A stretch of 64,000 nt of DNA from a virus. Positions 38,893 to 49,207 of the stretch are shown piece after piece (within the stretch, counting starts at the first letter, position 1; every line of letters begins with the position of its first letter). Where the stretch lies: IMG/VR virus record IMGVR_UViG_3300020185_000011; one strand, written 5' to 3'. The translations under genes were made by a program, and so were the position numbers. The notes below the pieces were generated by a model that did no database searches, was not told the DNA's origin, and was given only the letters and a program-made list of their open reading frames with translations.

Positions 38893-39438
38893 ATGAGCGT
38901 CAAAGGTGATGCAAGATACAAAATTTTTAAGGAAAAACTTAAAAAATTAGGGTACATCAAAGACGCTGCAAAGAAGACCAATGCCGTAATGGAGAAGGCT
39001 TCAGATTTTGCAATGATGAGTGACGGTGGCAATAAGAAGATTGCACGTGCAGTATCAAAGGCAAAATCAGAAAAAGAATTGCGTGCCATGATACAGAAAA
39101 TCAGCACTATGGCTGGTGGAAAGTATTCGGAAGCACAAGAGGATGAAGTTATCGATAGAGCTATCGATGCTTTTAACTCAAAGGCAGCGGGAATGCAATT
39201 AAGACCCGATGCAAACATCTTAGTACAACTATCGAAAATGGTTGATACTAAACGTGATACCGAGATTAGAACCGATGACATGAAAAAGTTAAAGGTAAAA
39301 GCAGCGGATGCAGAGAAAGTTTATGACGCTTTAATGTCTGTTAAGCCTGCCTTGCGTGATAAATACTCTCGTCTATTACAAAAAGATGTAAAAACATTTA
39401 AAAAGACTTTTGATACTATATTAAGAGTCGCAAAATAA
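38893..39438 (+). CDS. hypothetical basic protein
   Basis: 181-aa ORF in operon. Confidence 0.65.
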   Translation: MSVKGDARYKIFKEKLKKLGYIKDAAKKTNAVMEKASDFAMMSDGGNKKIARAVSKAKSEKELRAMIQKISTMAGGKYSEAQEDEVIDRAIDAFNSKAAGMQLRPDANILVQLSKMVDTKRDTEIRTDDMKKLKVKAADAEKVYDALMSVKPALRDKYSRLLQKDVKTFKKTFDTILRVAK

Positions 39439-39451
39439 AGAGGAAATTAAA

Positions 39452-40024
39452 ATGGCACTATGGGGACATACAAGTGGAACTGAATCAAAACCTAACTGGT
39501 TGAGTGACGCGGATAAAACAAACACATCAGCAAAACCACACGGTTGGGAACTGAAGAAGGTTGTGGGAAGTAGAACATTGACTGAAGTCCTAGTGGCATG
39601 GTCAAGCTCTGGTCTAACAACTGCTTTGGGTGCTGCTGATATCACTGATATCGATTGGGTATCAACTGCATGGGACGTATCTGCTGGTGGAACACTATCT
39701 GCCAAAGTTATATTTAACGAAGCAGTAGACGTTACTGGAACACCTCAACTATCAGTTACTAACGGTAACCAAGGTAGTGGAAGTGGAAGAGGCCCACACG
39801 TACTATCATATGCAAGTGGAACAGGTTCTAACGAACTTACATTCTCAATTACATACGGTGCAGCGAATGCAGCGATTGCAGCGGATGACGTATTAAGTAT
39901 TGGTGCTAACGCAGTTGCATTGAACGGTGGTACAATTAAAGATAAAGGAACTTCAACAGTTTCTACAATCACTTCAGTCGCAGGTATCGGTACCGCAGCT
40001 GGAACGATTACTGCAGTAGCATAA
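39452..40024 (+). CDS. virion structural protein (Ig-like / decoration)
   Basis: MALWG start; G/T/A-rich; FNEAVDVTGTPQL, YASGTGSNELTF, LNGGTIKD. Confidence 0.7.
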   Translation: MALWGHTSGTESKPNWLSDADKTNTSAKPHGWELKKVVGSRTLTEVLVAWSSSGLTTALGAADITDIDWVSTAWDVSAGGTLSAKVIFNEAVDVTGTPQLSVTNGNQGSGSGRGPHVLSYASGTGSNELTFSITYGAANAAIAADDVLSIGANAVALNGGTIKDKGTSTVSTITSVAGIGTAAGTITAVA

Positions 40025-40033
40025 GAGTCTTAA

Positions 40034-40261
40034 ATGGCTTGGGTGGCAGTATCGGGCTCTAACGGAATTTGGGAGTATGAAAACTCTGCAGATAAATCAA
40101 CTGCAGATACATACTCCGAATCCAATGGAACTGTAGCAAATGGTATTAGAACGTTTACATCGATTGGCGGTAATACAGAGAGAGTCTACATTAAGTGTAG
40201 AAAAGTCGGTGAAACAATAGTTCGTGGTGAGTTAAATAAAAACTACTACGACAATCAATAA
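40034..40261 (+). CDS. small hypothetical (structural?) protein
   Basis: 75-aa ORF following the structural gene. Confidence 0.6.
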   Translation: MAWVAVSGSNGIWEYENSADKSTADTYSESNGTVANGIRTFTSIGGNTERVYIKCRKVGETIVRGELNKNYYDNQ

Positions 40262-40273
40262 TAGGAAAAAATT

Positions 40274-40672
40274 ATGAAAAAATTCAATCAATTCATGGCA
40301 GAACAGCAATTCAATGCTTGGCCTGGAGATGAGCATGCCCCATACGACATTGATGATTCATCTGTGAAAGCAAAAATTAATGCAGTACTAGGACATTGTG
40401 CTAGTTCAGAATACATGAACCCACAAGCTGCAGTAGAACAAATGAAGGCAAAACTTTCTCACGTAGGACTATCATGTAAGCAATATGATGACGTGGAGTT
40501 CAATGAAAGTGGTGAGTTTGACCTTTCATTCTCTCAATATGGTGAGACTTTCGGGAAGACAGTCGATACCCCTATCGATGAGTTTGAAAAAGAAGAAAAA
40601 ATAATTTCACTCAAAGTGAAATATGAGAGATTGATGAACAACAGCTATAAAGTATACGGTTCATTGGTCTAA
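40274..40672 (+). CDS. hypothetical protein with capsid-targeting-like N-terminus
   Basis: MKKFNQFMAE; AGGA RBS. Confidence 0.65.
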   Translation: MKKFNQFMAEQQFNAWPGDEHAPYDIDDSSVKAKINAVLGHCASSEYMNPQAAVEQMKAKLSHVGLSCKQYDDVEFNESGEFDLSFSQYGETFGKTVDTPIDEFEKEEKIISLKVKYERLMNNSYKVYGSLV

Positions 40673-40727
40673 CTCCTTTAGTTGCGTCTACTAAATACTG
40701 GTAGACCAACTAACTTTATAATACATT

Positions 40728-41099
40728 ATGAGTCTATTTGACAAACTAACTGCTAAAAACTTTTCTGCATTTGCTCTGAAGCACTATGATGACCCTCAAT
40801 GTGAGGACATGGAAGACTTCCAAGAGGACTTACGTAGATTTAGATACTTTAAAAGATTACTCTTTAGATACCATGAAAGTGGGGAACTAAGAGAACGCCT
40901 GTTACTCAATCATCTCATATGTCTATTCAACGTATTTGGATACGATGCATGTATGAGAATGTTGAATTTTAAAATCAAAGAAGATAGATACTGGTCTTCA
41001 ATCAAAACTCTATTACTATACTTAGATTACATCACACAGGATTTCAGGCCTGAACTACCAATTGATGATGTGATTGCACAAAGATTGAGAGAATTGTAA
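40728..41099 (+). CDS. conserved T4-like phage protein
   Basis: FALKHYDDPQC...F.EDL.RF.Y.KRL...LRERLLLNHLI..FNVFG. Confidence 0.75.
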   Translation: MSLFDKLTAKNFSAFALKHYDDPQCEDMEDFQEDLRRFRYFKRLLFRYHESGELRERLLLNHLICLFNVFGYDACMRMLNFKIKEDRYWSSIKTLLLYLDYITQDFRPELPIDDVIAQRLREL

Positions 41100-41175
41100 G
41101 CTCCCATAGCTCAGCTGGTAGAGCAACTGATTTGTAATCAGTAGGTCAACCGTTCGAATCGGTTTGGGAGCTCCA
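41100..41175 (+). tRNA. tRNA-Thr(UGU)
   Basis: GCTCCCA/TGGGAGC acceptor, D-arm AGCTCAGCTGGTAGAGC, anticodon loop TT-TGT-AA, TTCGAAT, CCA. Confidence 0.95.
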
Positions 41176-41200
41176 CTGCTCAAATCACCTAAATAGATAT

Positions 41201-41785
41201 ATGAGAATCATAGATACTTTAATAGTCTTTAGAATACTCAAGATGTTGACTACACCTTGGGAGAAAATGCAGGCATATAAATTTGGGTTTATCGACAAGA
41301 ATGGAACGAGGATAAAACAGATAAAAGTCGATGGTAAGAATGTCGACAACAACCCCGAATCAGCTGCAGAGAAAGCTTCCTTGACACCTCTCCATCGTTT
41401 AGTATGGAATCTAAAGAAAATTATAAACAAGGTACCATTTGGTAAATCACAATTTGCATCATATGCTGTTGCATTACTCATGTTAAAAGAAACAAATGAG
41501 TTAGATGAAGACCAAATGGAAGAACTGTGTGAAAAGTTTTACAGACACCTAAAAGAATTAGGTAAGGTTGATTCAGAGGTTCTAGAAGAATCCATGTCAG
41601 TCGGAAAACTCCATGTTGGTGGTCAGTATCACTTAAGACGAACACTCGAACAATTAGATGTGGTACATCCACATAAAACTGCAGTCGAAATAACAGAACA
41701 TCATTCAAAAGTCTTCGGCATTGATGTTTATATCGGCTACGCAAACGAAGACAGGGTATTGGTAACAGAAAATGACGTATATTAG
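41201..41785 (+). CDS. conserved T4-like phage protein
   Basis: FRILKMLTTPW...AYKFGFIDKNG...TPLHRLVWNLKKII; TAAATA-N5-ATG. Confidence 0.75.
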   Translation: MRIIDTLIVFRILKMLTTPWEKMQAYKFGFIDKNGTRIKQIKVDGKNVDNNPESAAEKASLTPLHRLVWNLKKIINKVPFGKSQFASYAVALLMLKETNELDEDQMEELCEKFYRHLKELGKVDSEVLEESMSVGKLHVGGQYHLRRTLEQLDVVHPHKTAVEITEHHSKVFGIDVYIGYANEDRVLVTENDVY

Positions 41786-41966
41786 TACACTATTTGATGT
41801 GAACAAGAAGAAGGTTGAAGACAACCTTCAGACCGAAGATGCACCTATGAATGCCACAGGTGCAGCTGTTTCAACTGATGCAAGTAGTATCGGTTTCAAG
41901 AAGAGGAATAAGAAGTATGAACCGAATGCTCTATTCGGTCTCTTGAGAAGAAACATTAAGAGATAG
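41772..41966 (+). CDS. small hypothetical protein
   Basis: EDAPMNATGAAV motif. Confidence 0.55.
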   Translation: MTYISTLFDVNKKKVEDNLQTEDAPMNATGAAVSTDASSIGFKKRNKKYEPNALFGLLRRNIKR

Positions 41967-41969
41967 ATT

Positions 41970-43145
41970 ATGAACAGATTTTTGAATTACCTCGCGGTAA
42001 TTACGTCTTTAGGAATTGCATCTATAGCTGCATATTTCTCAGTGTTAGGACTTGCAACAATATTTGCTGGTGCTTTCATGGGTATCGTAATTATGGCAGG
42101 TGCTTTAGAATTCGGTAAAGTTGTCACCGCAGCCTATCTGCATCTTGCATGGGAAAAACTCAACTACATGAAATACTATCTAGTGTTTGCAGTATTTGTT
42201 CTCATGTTAATCACATCACTAGGTATATTTGGATACCTATCAAAAGCACACTCAGAACAAACAGGTGATACTGCACAAGCACAGTCCGTTGTTACTCGTA
42301 TCGAGAATCAGATTGCAAGGGAACAGAACAAGATACAAACATATCAAGATAGAATAGACAATCTTGGTGGTGGAAAGATAGATGTATCAGAGTCTATTAA
42401 ACAACAGGAAACTATCAGAGATGGTGCATGGGCCAGAGTTCAAGGGGATATAGACTATGCACAAGGTCAGATAACATCTCTAAGGGGTACTGTGACCTCG
42501 CTAGACACGGCTGTATCCACTCTTAGGAACAAAGGTGTTGAAGTCATCACTACCGATGAAGGGGGTGTTTTTAGACAAAGTGAATCAGAAACCATAGACT
42601 ATGTTGAACAGGCAAACACTCTATTTGACCAACAATCATCTCAGAGAGAACAGATAAGGGATGACATATCAGAACAACAGAGTAACATTGATAAGTATAG
42701 AGCTCAAGCGCAGAAGACAATCGATGATGCAAATGCAGAGATTAAAAGACTGCAACAATCATCTACTGGTGATGCAGATGAGATTATACAAAAAACAGAC
42801 GAATTCAACTTGTTGATTGATGAGTCTTATGATATCATAGATGGATACAAAGACGATATGTTCGAGAGTAAACAGATTATACTCTCATTAGAACGTGAAG
42901 TAGGCCCAATTAAGTATATTGCAGAGGTAATGTATGGACAAGAGGACAGTGTCAAGTACCTTGACAATGCCGTAAGGTGGGTAATTTACATGCTAATCTT
43001 TGTGTTTGACCCGCTAGCAATCCTGTTACTAGTCACATCACTAGGACTGTTACAGGGTAAGGGTCACACTAAAAAGTTGAGAGAAACCCAAAGAATTGTT
43101 CTACAGGTACCGAAAAAGAAGGTCGAGAACCTTCAAAAAAACTAA
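41970..43145 (+). CDS. multi-TM membrane protein with long coiled coil
   Basis: AAYFSVLGL, LEFGKVV, LITSLGIFGYLSKAH; EVGPIKYIA; FVFDPLAILL. Confidence 0.75.
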   Translation: MNRFLNYLAVITSLGIASIAAYFSVLGLATIFAGAFMGIVIMAGALEFGKVVTAAYLHLAWEKLNYMKYYLVFAVFVLMLITSLGIFGYLSKAHSEQTGDTAQAQSVVTRIENQIAREQNKIQTYQDRIDNLGGGKIDVSESIKQQETIRDGAWARVQGDIDYAQGQITSLRGTVTSLDTAVSTLRNKGVEVITTDEGGVFRQSESETIDYVEQANTLFDQQSSQREQIRDDISEQQSNIDKYRAQAQKTIDDANAEIKRLQQSSTGDADEIIQKTDEFNLLIDESYDIIDGYKDDMFESKQIILSLEREVGPIKYIAEVMYGQEDSVKYLDNAVRWVIYMLIFVFDPLAILLLVTSLGLLQGKGHTKKLRETQRIVLQVPKKKVENLQKN

Positions 43146-43176
43146 ATAAAAGTATAAATATTTCTTGGAGAAATCA

Positions 43177-43626
43177 ATGGCCGACACAAACAAACCCAAT
43201 TTAGACCCTCGTTTAAAAATAGAACAGATGATATACGACATTCGTGGAATGTTGCTAGACATCGAACATACACTTGGACAAATACCACATAAAGAAGAGA
43301 ATGTTGAAGACTATTCTGTAGTATTTGTAGAATCTACTGAAGGTGATTACATCCACCCCGAGACACCTACTCACCCATGCCCTGAAGGATTTGGAGAAGA
43401 TGCTTATTGGGATTGTATTTATCAGTGTTGGATGCAACCAAACGATATGGAAGAAGATGAGTATAACTTGTCTACTAACATTGACACGGATGCATGTTAC
43501 GACCCTGTAGCAGGTGAATGGATTAGAACTGAAGAAGATGATTGGTCAAATGACTGGACTAACTTCATCATGGAACTCGAAGAAATGGAAGCAGAAATGG
43601 AATCAACAACTGGAGAACAAGAATAA
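43177..43626 (+). CDS. highly acidic hypothetical protein
   Basis: D/E-, W- and C-rich; GGAG RBS; CTAAATA upstream. Confidence 0.6.
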   Translation: MADTNKPNLDPRLKIEQMIYDIRGMLLDIEHTLGQIPHKEENVEDYSVVFVESTEGDYIHPETPTHPCPEGFGEDAYWDCIYQCWMQPNDMEEDEYNLSTNIDTDACYDPVAGEWIRTEEDDWSNDWTNFIMELEEMEAEMESTTGEQE

Positions 43627-43811
43627 TGGCAATTTCAGATAGTATGACTTTAGTAGAGTTTATGGCAGAATTGGTAGCAACTGAACCTTCTATGGACGGA
43701 GCTCCTGCTGAAGGAACAGATGGTAGAGCTCTTGCTCAGACATCTTATGACACATCTAAAGCAGCTTGGGACACCGAAGTAGCACGTGTTCAAGCACTTA
43801 TAGACGGATAA
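43626..43811 (+). CDS. small hypothetical protein
   Basis: 61-aa coupled ORF. Confidence 0.55.
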   Translation: MAISDSMTLVEFMAELVATEPSMDGAPAEGTDGRALAQTSYDTSKAAWDTEVARVQALIDG

Positions 43812-43828
43812 TAATCCTAAAAAACACC

Positions 43829-43857
43829 TTGTAATTTAGCATGGATTCATGTATAAT
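43829..43857 (+). promoter_or_regulatory. sigma70-type promoter of primase (leaderless)
   Basis: TTGTAA, 17 nt, TATAAT 43852-43857, ATG 43864. Confidence 0.65.
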
Positions 43858-43863
43858 GAATGT

Positions 43864-44901
43864 ATGCTATGGTTAGAGAGAAAATACCTCTCCATGTGCG
43901 TAGGTTCGTTAGAACTTGCAAAATGGAAAGGAGACACAACGTTGAATCACAGGTGTTTATACTGTGGTGATTCACAGAAGAATAAGCATAAGGCTCGTGG
44001 ATATCACTTTGTCGTAGAACAAAGTTTTATATTTAAGTGTCATAATTGTGGTAAATCTACTTCAAGTGTGACCTTTATCAAAGACCATTTCCCTGTACTA
44101 CATAAAGAGTACATCAAGGAATGGTTAACAGAGAGTGGTAAGAAACCTAAAAAACACGCATCTAATCATAAGATGCCAAGTGCAAACGTTTTCAAGTTCA
44201 CTCCAAAAACAGAATTACTAAATATGAAGAAAGTTGACTTGTCGGCAATTATGTTTCCAGCAAAAGAGAAACATGTTGCACGTGACTACCTCGAAAAGAG
44301 ACTAGTCCCTAATGATAAGATTGATGAGCTGTGGTATGTCGACTCTGCACAAACTCTAAGTTTGTTATCAGATAAGTATAAGGATAGAGTCCTTGGAAAC
44401 GACCCACGGATAGTAATACCATTCTTTAGAGAGGATGGGGAACTTGTAGGAGTATCGGGCAGAGCAATCAATGACTCACCATTACGATATCTTACTATGA
44501 GACTCCTAGATGACGTTCCACTCATCTATAACATACAAAATGTGGACAAAACAAAAACTATCTATGTCACCGAAGGCCCTATAGATAGTTTATTCCTTCC
44601 CAACAGTATCGCAGTCGGGGGAAGTGACTTTAAAAAAATAGACGATGGTATCAAAGATAATTCAATTATCATTTATGATAATGAACCACGTAATGAAGAG
44701 ATACTCAAAAAGCTAGAAGAGGTAATTGAGTTAGGTTATAAAGTTTGCATATGGGACGACAAACGTATTGCAGATTGTAAAGATATAAACGATATGATAG
44801 TAAGTGGATTGGAACAAAGTGAAATAGTAGGTATCATTAATACTTGTACATTTGAAGGTCTTTCGGCAAAACTAAAACTAATGGAGTACAAGAAAATATG
44901 A
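43864..44901 (+). CDS. gp61: DNA primase
   Basis: Zn finger CLYCGDS...CHNCG; TOPRIM VTEGPIDSLF, YDNEPRN, KDINDM. Confidence 0.95.
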   Translation: MLWLERKYLSMCVGSLELAKWKGDTTLNHRCLYCGDSQKNKHKARGYHFVVEQSFIFKCHNCGKSTSSVTFIKDHFPVLHKEYIKEWLTESGKKPKKHASNHKMPSANVFKFTPKTELLNMKKVDLSAIMFPAKEKHVARDYLEKRLVPNDKIDELWYVDSAQTLSLLSDKYKDRVLGNDPRIVIPFFREDGELVGVSGRAINDSPLRYLTMRLLDDVPLIYNIQNVDKTKTIYVTEGPIDSLFLPNSIAVGGSDFKKIDDGIKDNSIIIYDNEPRNEEILKKLEEVIELGYKVCIWDDKRIADCKDINDMIVSGLEQSEIVGIINTCTFEGLSAKLKLMEYKKI

Positions 44902-47186
44902 ATGCAGAGTTTAAAGTAATTAAGTCCGATGGTAGTAAAACTAATATCAACTTAGATAAAATCCATAGGATGATGGAGAAAGCTTGTAAAGGAATTACAG
45001 GTGTGTCAGAGTCATCTGTAGAAATGAACAGTGGTCTACAGTTCTTTGATGGAATCACCACAAAAGATATTCAACAAATTCTAGTGAAGAGTGCAAGTGA
45101 TTTGATATCACTAGAGAATCCGAACTATCAGTTCGTTGCAGCCAGATTACTATTGTTTGGAGTGCAGAAACAGGTGTTCAATACTAAATGGAAAGATTCA
45201 GAAATCTATCCACCACTATTAGACATCATCAAAAGAAACATTGAAATTGGTGTGTATGATAAGGACATCCTTAACCACTACACAGATGAAGAGATAGAAC
45301 AATGTGCTAAATTTATCAGACACAACAGAGATTTAGATTTTACTTATGCTGGTCTACAACAGATAGTAGACAAGTATTTGGTACAAGACAGGTCTAGTAA
45401 TACATTATATGAGACACCACAGTTCATGTATATGATGATTGCTATGACATTATTCAGAAACTATGGAGAAAGTAGGTTACAATATGTCAAAGGATATTAC
45501 GATGCAATATCACAATTTAAAATTAACATCCCAACCCCCATTATGGCAGGGGTTAGAACACCACTTCGACAATTTGCAAGTTGTGTTCTCGTTGACTCAG
45601 ACGACACCCTCGACTCAATCTTCTCCAGTGACATGGCAATCGGTAAGTACGTTGCTCAGAGAGCTGGTATTGGAATCAACGCAGGAAGAATTAGGGGACT
45701 TGGTAGTAAAATTAGAGGTGGAGAAGTCCAGCATACTGGAGTCATACCATTTCTTAAAAAATTTGAAGCAACCGTTAGAAGCTGTACCCAAAACGGAGTC
45801 AGAGGTGGAAGCGCAACGGTACACTTTCCAATCTGGCATGCAGAAATCGAAGACATCTTGGTACTTAAAAACAACAAAGGCACCGAAGACAACAGAGTAA
45901 GAAAGTTAGACTACTCTATACAGCTGTCAGAACTTTTCTATCAAAGATTCCTAAAGAATGAGGAGATTACATTGTTCTCTCCACATGATGTTAAAGGATT
46001 GTATGAAGCATTTGGTACACCCGAGTTCAATGAACTCTATGAAAAGTACGAACGTGCAACTAGTATTCCTAAGAAGAAAATTAGTGCAAGAGAATTATTT
46101 ACAAGTTTATTAAAAGAACGAGCAGAGACTGGCCGTATTTACATTATGAATATCGACCATTGCAATACGCATAGTAGTTTTGTCGACAAGGTTAACATGA
46201 GTAACCTATGTCAAGAGATAACACTACCCACCGACCCTATCAGTCATATCGATGGGGAAGGTGAGATTGCGTTATGTATTCTATCTGCAATTAACGTAGG
46301 CATTATCAAGAACTATGATGAGCTTGGTAGTCTATGTGACCTTGCAGTTAGAGGGCTAGAAGAATTAATAGATTATCAACAATATCCAGTTGTCGCTGCA
46401 GAAAGGTCAACACTTGCAAGAAGAAGTCTTGGTATTGGATACATTGGACTCGCACATTTCCTTGCGAAAAACAAGGTTAAGTATGATGACCCCGAAGCAC
46501 ATAGAATAGTACATGAACTAACGGAGAGATTCCAGTACGAATTACTGAAGTCATCTAATCAAATTGCATCTGAGAAAGGTGCGTGTGATTACTTCGATAG
46601 AACTAAGTATTCACAGGGTATACTACCTATCGACACCTACAAAAAGGATGTTGACAGTATCACACCAAATGTGTTAAACTGTGACTGGGATAAACTAAGA
46701 ACATGTATTAAAGTGCATGGTCTAAGACACTCCACATTGACTGCACAGATGCCTTCAGAGTCCTCTAGCGTGGTCTCTAATGCAACGAATGGAGTTGAAC
46801 CCCCAAGAGATTACCTTAGTGTCAAGAAAAGTAAAAAAGGCACCCTAAAACAGGTAGTTCCACAATATAGTTTATTAAAGAATAATTACACATTATTATG
46901 GGACATGGATAGTAACGAAGGGTATATCAAAGTACTTGCAGTGATGCAAAAGTTCTTTGACCAAGCAATTAGTGGCAATTGGTCTTACAACCCCGAGAAT
47001 TATGACAAGGGTGAAGTACCAGTTTCAGTAATGGCTAGAGATTTACTGAATACATATAAGTATGGATGGAAAACTTCTTATTACCAAAATACTATGGACG
47101 GTAAAGTAGAAGATGTAGTAGAGGAACCTCTTGCACAGAGTGACTTTACAGAAAGTGAGGATGATTGCGATGCCTGTGCCATTTGA
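44898..47186 (+). CDS. nrdA: ribonucleotide reductase class Ia alpha
   Basis: ATP cone; PTPIMAG, QFASCVL, SNLCQEI, MPSESSS, C-terminal CDACAI. Confidence 0.97.
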   Translation: MNAEFKVIKSDGSKTNINLDKIHRMMEKACKGITGVSESSVEMNSGLQFFDGITTKDIQQILVKSASDLISLENPNYQFVAARLLLFGVQKQVFNTKWKDSEIYPPLLDIIKRNIEIGVYDKDILNHYTDEEIEQCAKFIRHNRDLDFTYAGLQQIVDKYLVQDRSSNTLYETPQFMYMMIAMTLFRNYGESRLQYVKGYYDAISQFKINIPTPIMAGVRTPLRQFASCVLVDSDDTLDSIFSSDMAIGKYVAQRAGIGINAGRIRGLGSKIRGGEVQHTGVIPFLKKFEATVRSCTQNGVRGGSATVHFPIWHAEIEDILVLKNNKGTEDNRVRKLDYSIQLSELFYQRFLKNEEITLFSPHDVKGLYEAFGTPEFNELYEKYERATSIPKKKISARELFTSLLKERAETGRIYIMNIDHCNTHSSFVDKVNMSNLCQEITLPTDPISHIDGEGEIALCILSAINVGIIKNYDELGSLCDLAVRGLEELIDYQQYPVVAAERSTLARRSLGIGYIGLAHFLAKNKVKYDDPEAHRIVHELTERFQYELLKSSNQIASEKGACDYFDRTKYSQGILPIDTYKKDVDSITPNVLNCDWDKLRTCIKVHGLRHSTLTAQMPSESSSVVSNATNGVEPPRDYLSVKKSKKGTLKQVVPQYSLLKNNYTLLWDMDSNEGYIKVLAVMQKFFDQAISGNWSYNPENYDKGEVPVSVMARDLLNTYKYGWKTSYYQNTMDGKVEDVVEEPLAQSDFTESEDDCDACAI

Positions 47187-48123
47187 GAAAAAGACTGTAG
47201 AATATTGTATAAAGGACTTAGAACAAGAAGGTAAACTTCTAACTGGTAGAACTACACCCGAGACGTGGTCTTTAATGAAGGACAGGTTCGTAGTTCTAAG
47301 AGATTTCATTCCCAAAGATATCATCAACATGTCACTAGATGCATGGAAAACTATTGAGCATAACAAAGAGTGGGATGATGCAATCTTCAAAAGAGAAACG
47401 GAGATTACCCAAAACTCACCAAAAGATTCACTAGGTAAATCACGTGCAAACTATTGTACTCCGATGGCAGTTTCCCTACATAGATGGCTAAAGGAAAAGC
47501 TGAACAATGTTATTGACATGGGTCTAAGAGAAACATACTCATATTCTAGAAAGTATGAGAGGGGTGCATATCTAAGAGCTCATACTGATAGACCATCATG
47601 TGAAATAAGTGCAACAATTTGTTTAGATTACCAAACAGATGACAATGCACCATGGAAGATTTGGGTACAGAATGATGGTAACTATGTTGATTCTCCAAGT
47701 ATGGATGAGGTGTTTGAAATGTCTCAAGGATTACCACATAGAGCAAGGAAGGGAATTCCAATAACACTAGAGCCTGGAGACGTTTTACTATACCAAGGGC
47801 CTAATGTTATACACTGGAGAGATTACCTAGTGGGTGATTACTCCTATCACATGTTCCTACATTTTTGGAATGAGGACAGTAAGTTAAACCAAATAAATGC
47901 AATGCATACAGGTTGCCCTGAACATTTAGCACTAGACTTTGATGGTAGACCAAATAGATATGCAGATGAGAACAATGAGGAGCATGTCAAAGAAACAAAG
48001 AAATGGTTCAGTGAGTTCTCAGATGTATACTTTAATCATATAGATGAAAAAAGTGCATTTACTAACAATTATGATGATTTTGAACTAGACACACGTGGAA
48101 GAAAAAGAAATGACAGTATTTAA
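47170..48123 (+). CDS. 2OG-Fe(II) oxygenase inserted between nrdA and nrdB
   Basis: TYSYSRKY..G..L.AHTDRPSCEISATI, GDVLLYQG....HWR, FLH. Confidence 0.85.
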   Translation: MPVPFEKKTVEYCIKDLEQEGKLLTGRTTPETWSLMKDRFVVLRDFIPKDIINMSLDAWKTIEHNKEWDDAIFKRETEITQNSPKDSLGKSRANYCTPMAVSLHRWLKEKLNNVIDMGLRETYSYSRKYERGAYLRAHTDRPSCEISATICLDYQTDDNAPWKIWVQNDGNYVDSPSMDEVFEMSQGLPHRARKGIPITLEPGDVLLYQGPNVIHWRDYLVGDYSYHMFLHFWNEDSKLNQINAMHTGCPEHLALDFDGRPNRYADENNEEHVKETKKWFSEFSDVYFNHIDEKSAFTNNYDDFELDTRGRKRNDSI

Positions 48124-49207
48124 TAAAAAGAACGTAGACTTCACAAAAGAATCTATGTTTTTCGGGGAAGAGTTAAACACCCAAAGATTTGACACATTCA
48201 AATATCCAATATTTGACAAACTAACACAGACACAATTGAGCTTCTTTTGGAGACCCGAAGAGGTATCCTTACAGAAAGATAGAAGTGATTATCAGAATCT
48301 ATCTGATGCACAAAAACACATCTTTACCTCTAACTTGAGGTATCAAACTTTACTCGACTCAGTTCAAGGACGAGCTCCATCCATAGCATTTTTACCGTTT
48401 GTGAGCTTGCCTGAACTTGAGTCTTGTATTATTACATGGGACTTCATGGAGACTATTCATTCACGAAGTTACACTCATATTATAAAAAATGTATATAGTG
48501 ACCCTAGTCAGATATTTGACACAATACTAGATGAACCAGCAATCGTAGCTAGAGCAGAACAGGTAACAGAAAAATACGACAAGTTTATTGAACTAGGAAG
48601 ACGTAAATTACTAGGTCTTAAAGTAGATGAATATGAGCTTAAGAAAGCATTATACCTTGCACTAGTATCAGTTAACATCTTAGAGGGAATTAGATTCTTC
48701 GTATCCTTTGCATGTTCATTTGCATTCGGAGAGTTAAAACAGATGGAAGGAAGTGCAAAGATTATATCTCTTATTGCAAGGGATGAAGCACAACATCTAG
48801 CAATCACACAACACATTCTGAAAGCATATAAGAACCAAGAGAACGATAAAGATATGTTGAAGATTATGGAAGAGACTGAGGATGAGGTATATGCAATGTA
48901 CCGTGATGCAGTAGACCAAGAGAAAGAATGGGCAGACTTCTTATTTAAGGACGGTTCTATGATTGGACTATCTACTGCACTGCTTGGTCAGTACGTAGAA
49001 TACACAGCAAACAAGAGATTACGTGCATTGGGACTCAACCCACTGTTCGATATCTCATCAACGAACAACCCACTACCATGGACTAATCATTGGTTCAATA
49101 GTAGAGGATTGCAAAACGCCCCACAAGAGACGGAGATTGAATCCTATCTTATTGGTGGCATCAAACAGGACGTAGATGATTCTACATTTGAGGATTTTGA
49201 GTTATAA
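48110..49207 (+). CDS. nrdB: ribonucleotide reductase class Ia beta
   Basis: FFWRPEE, LDSVQGR, ETIHSRSY, LEGIRF, RDEAQH, APQETE. Confidence 0.97.
   Translation: MTVFNKKNVDFTKESMFFGEELNTQRFDTFKYPIFDKLTQTQLSFFWRPEEVSLQKDRSDYQNLSDAQKHIFTSNLRYQTLLDSVQGRAPSIAFLPFVSLPELESCIITWDFMETIHSRSYTHIIKNVYSDPSQIFDTILDEPAIVARAEQVTEKYDKFIELGRRKLLGLKVDEYELKKALYLALVSVNILEGIRFFVSFACSFAFGELKQMEGSAKIISLIARDEAQHLAITQHILKAYKNQENDKDMLKIMEETEDEVYAMYRDAVDQEKEWADFLFKDGSMIGLSTALLGQYVEYTANKRLRALGLNPLFDISSTNNPLPWTNHWFNSRGLQNAPQETEIESYLIGGIKQDVDDSTFEDFEL

Noticed and set aside
21867-49207. Introns, inteins or homing endonucleases in gp43, uvsX, gp41, nrdA, nrdB
   Set aside because: All are continuous and of normal length; the gene between nrdA and nrdB is an oxygenase, not a nuclease
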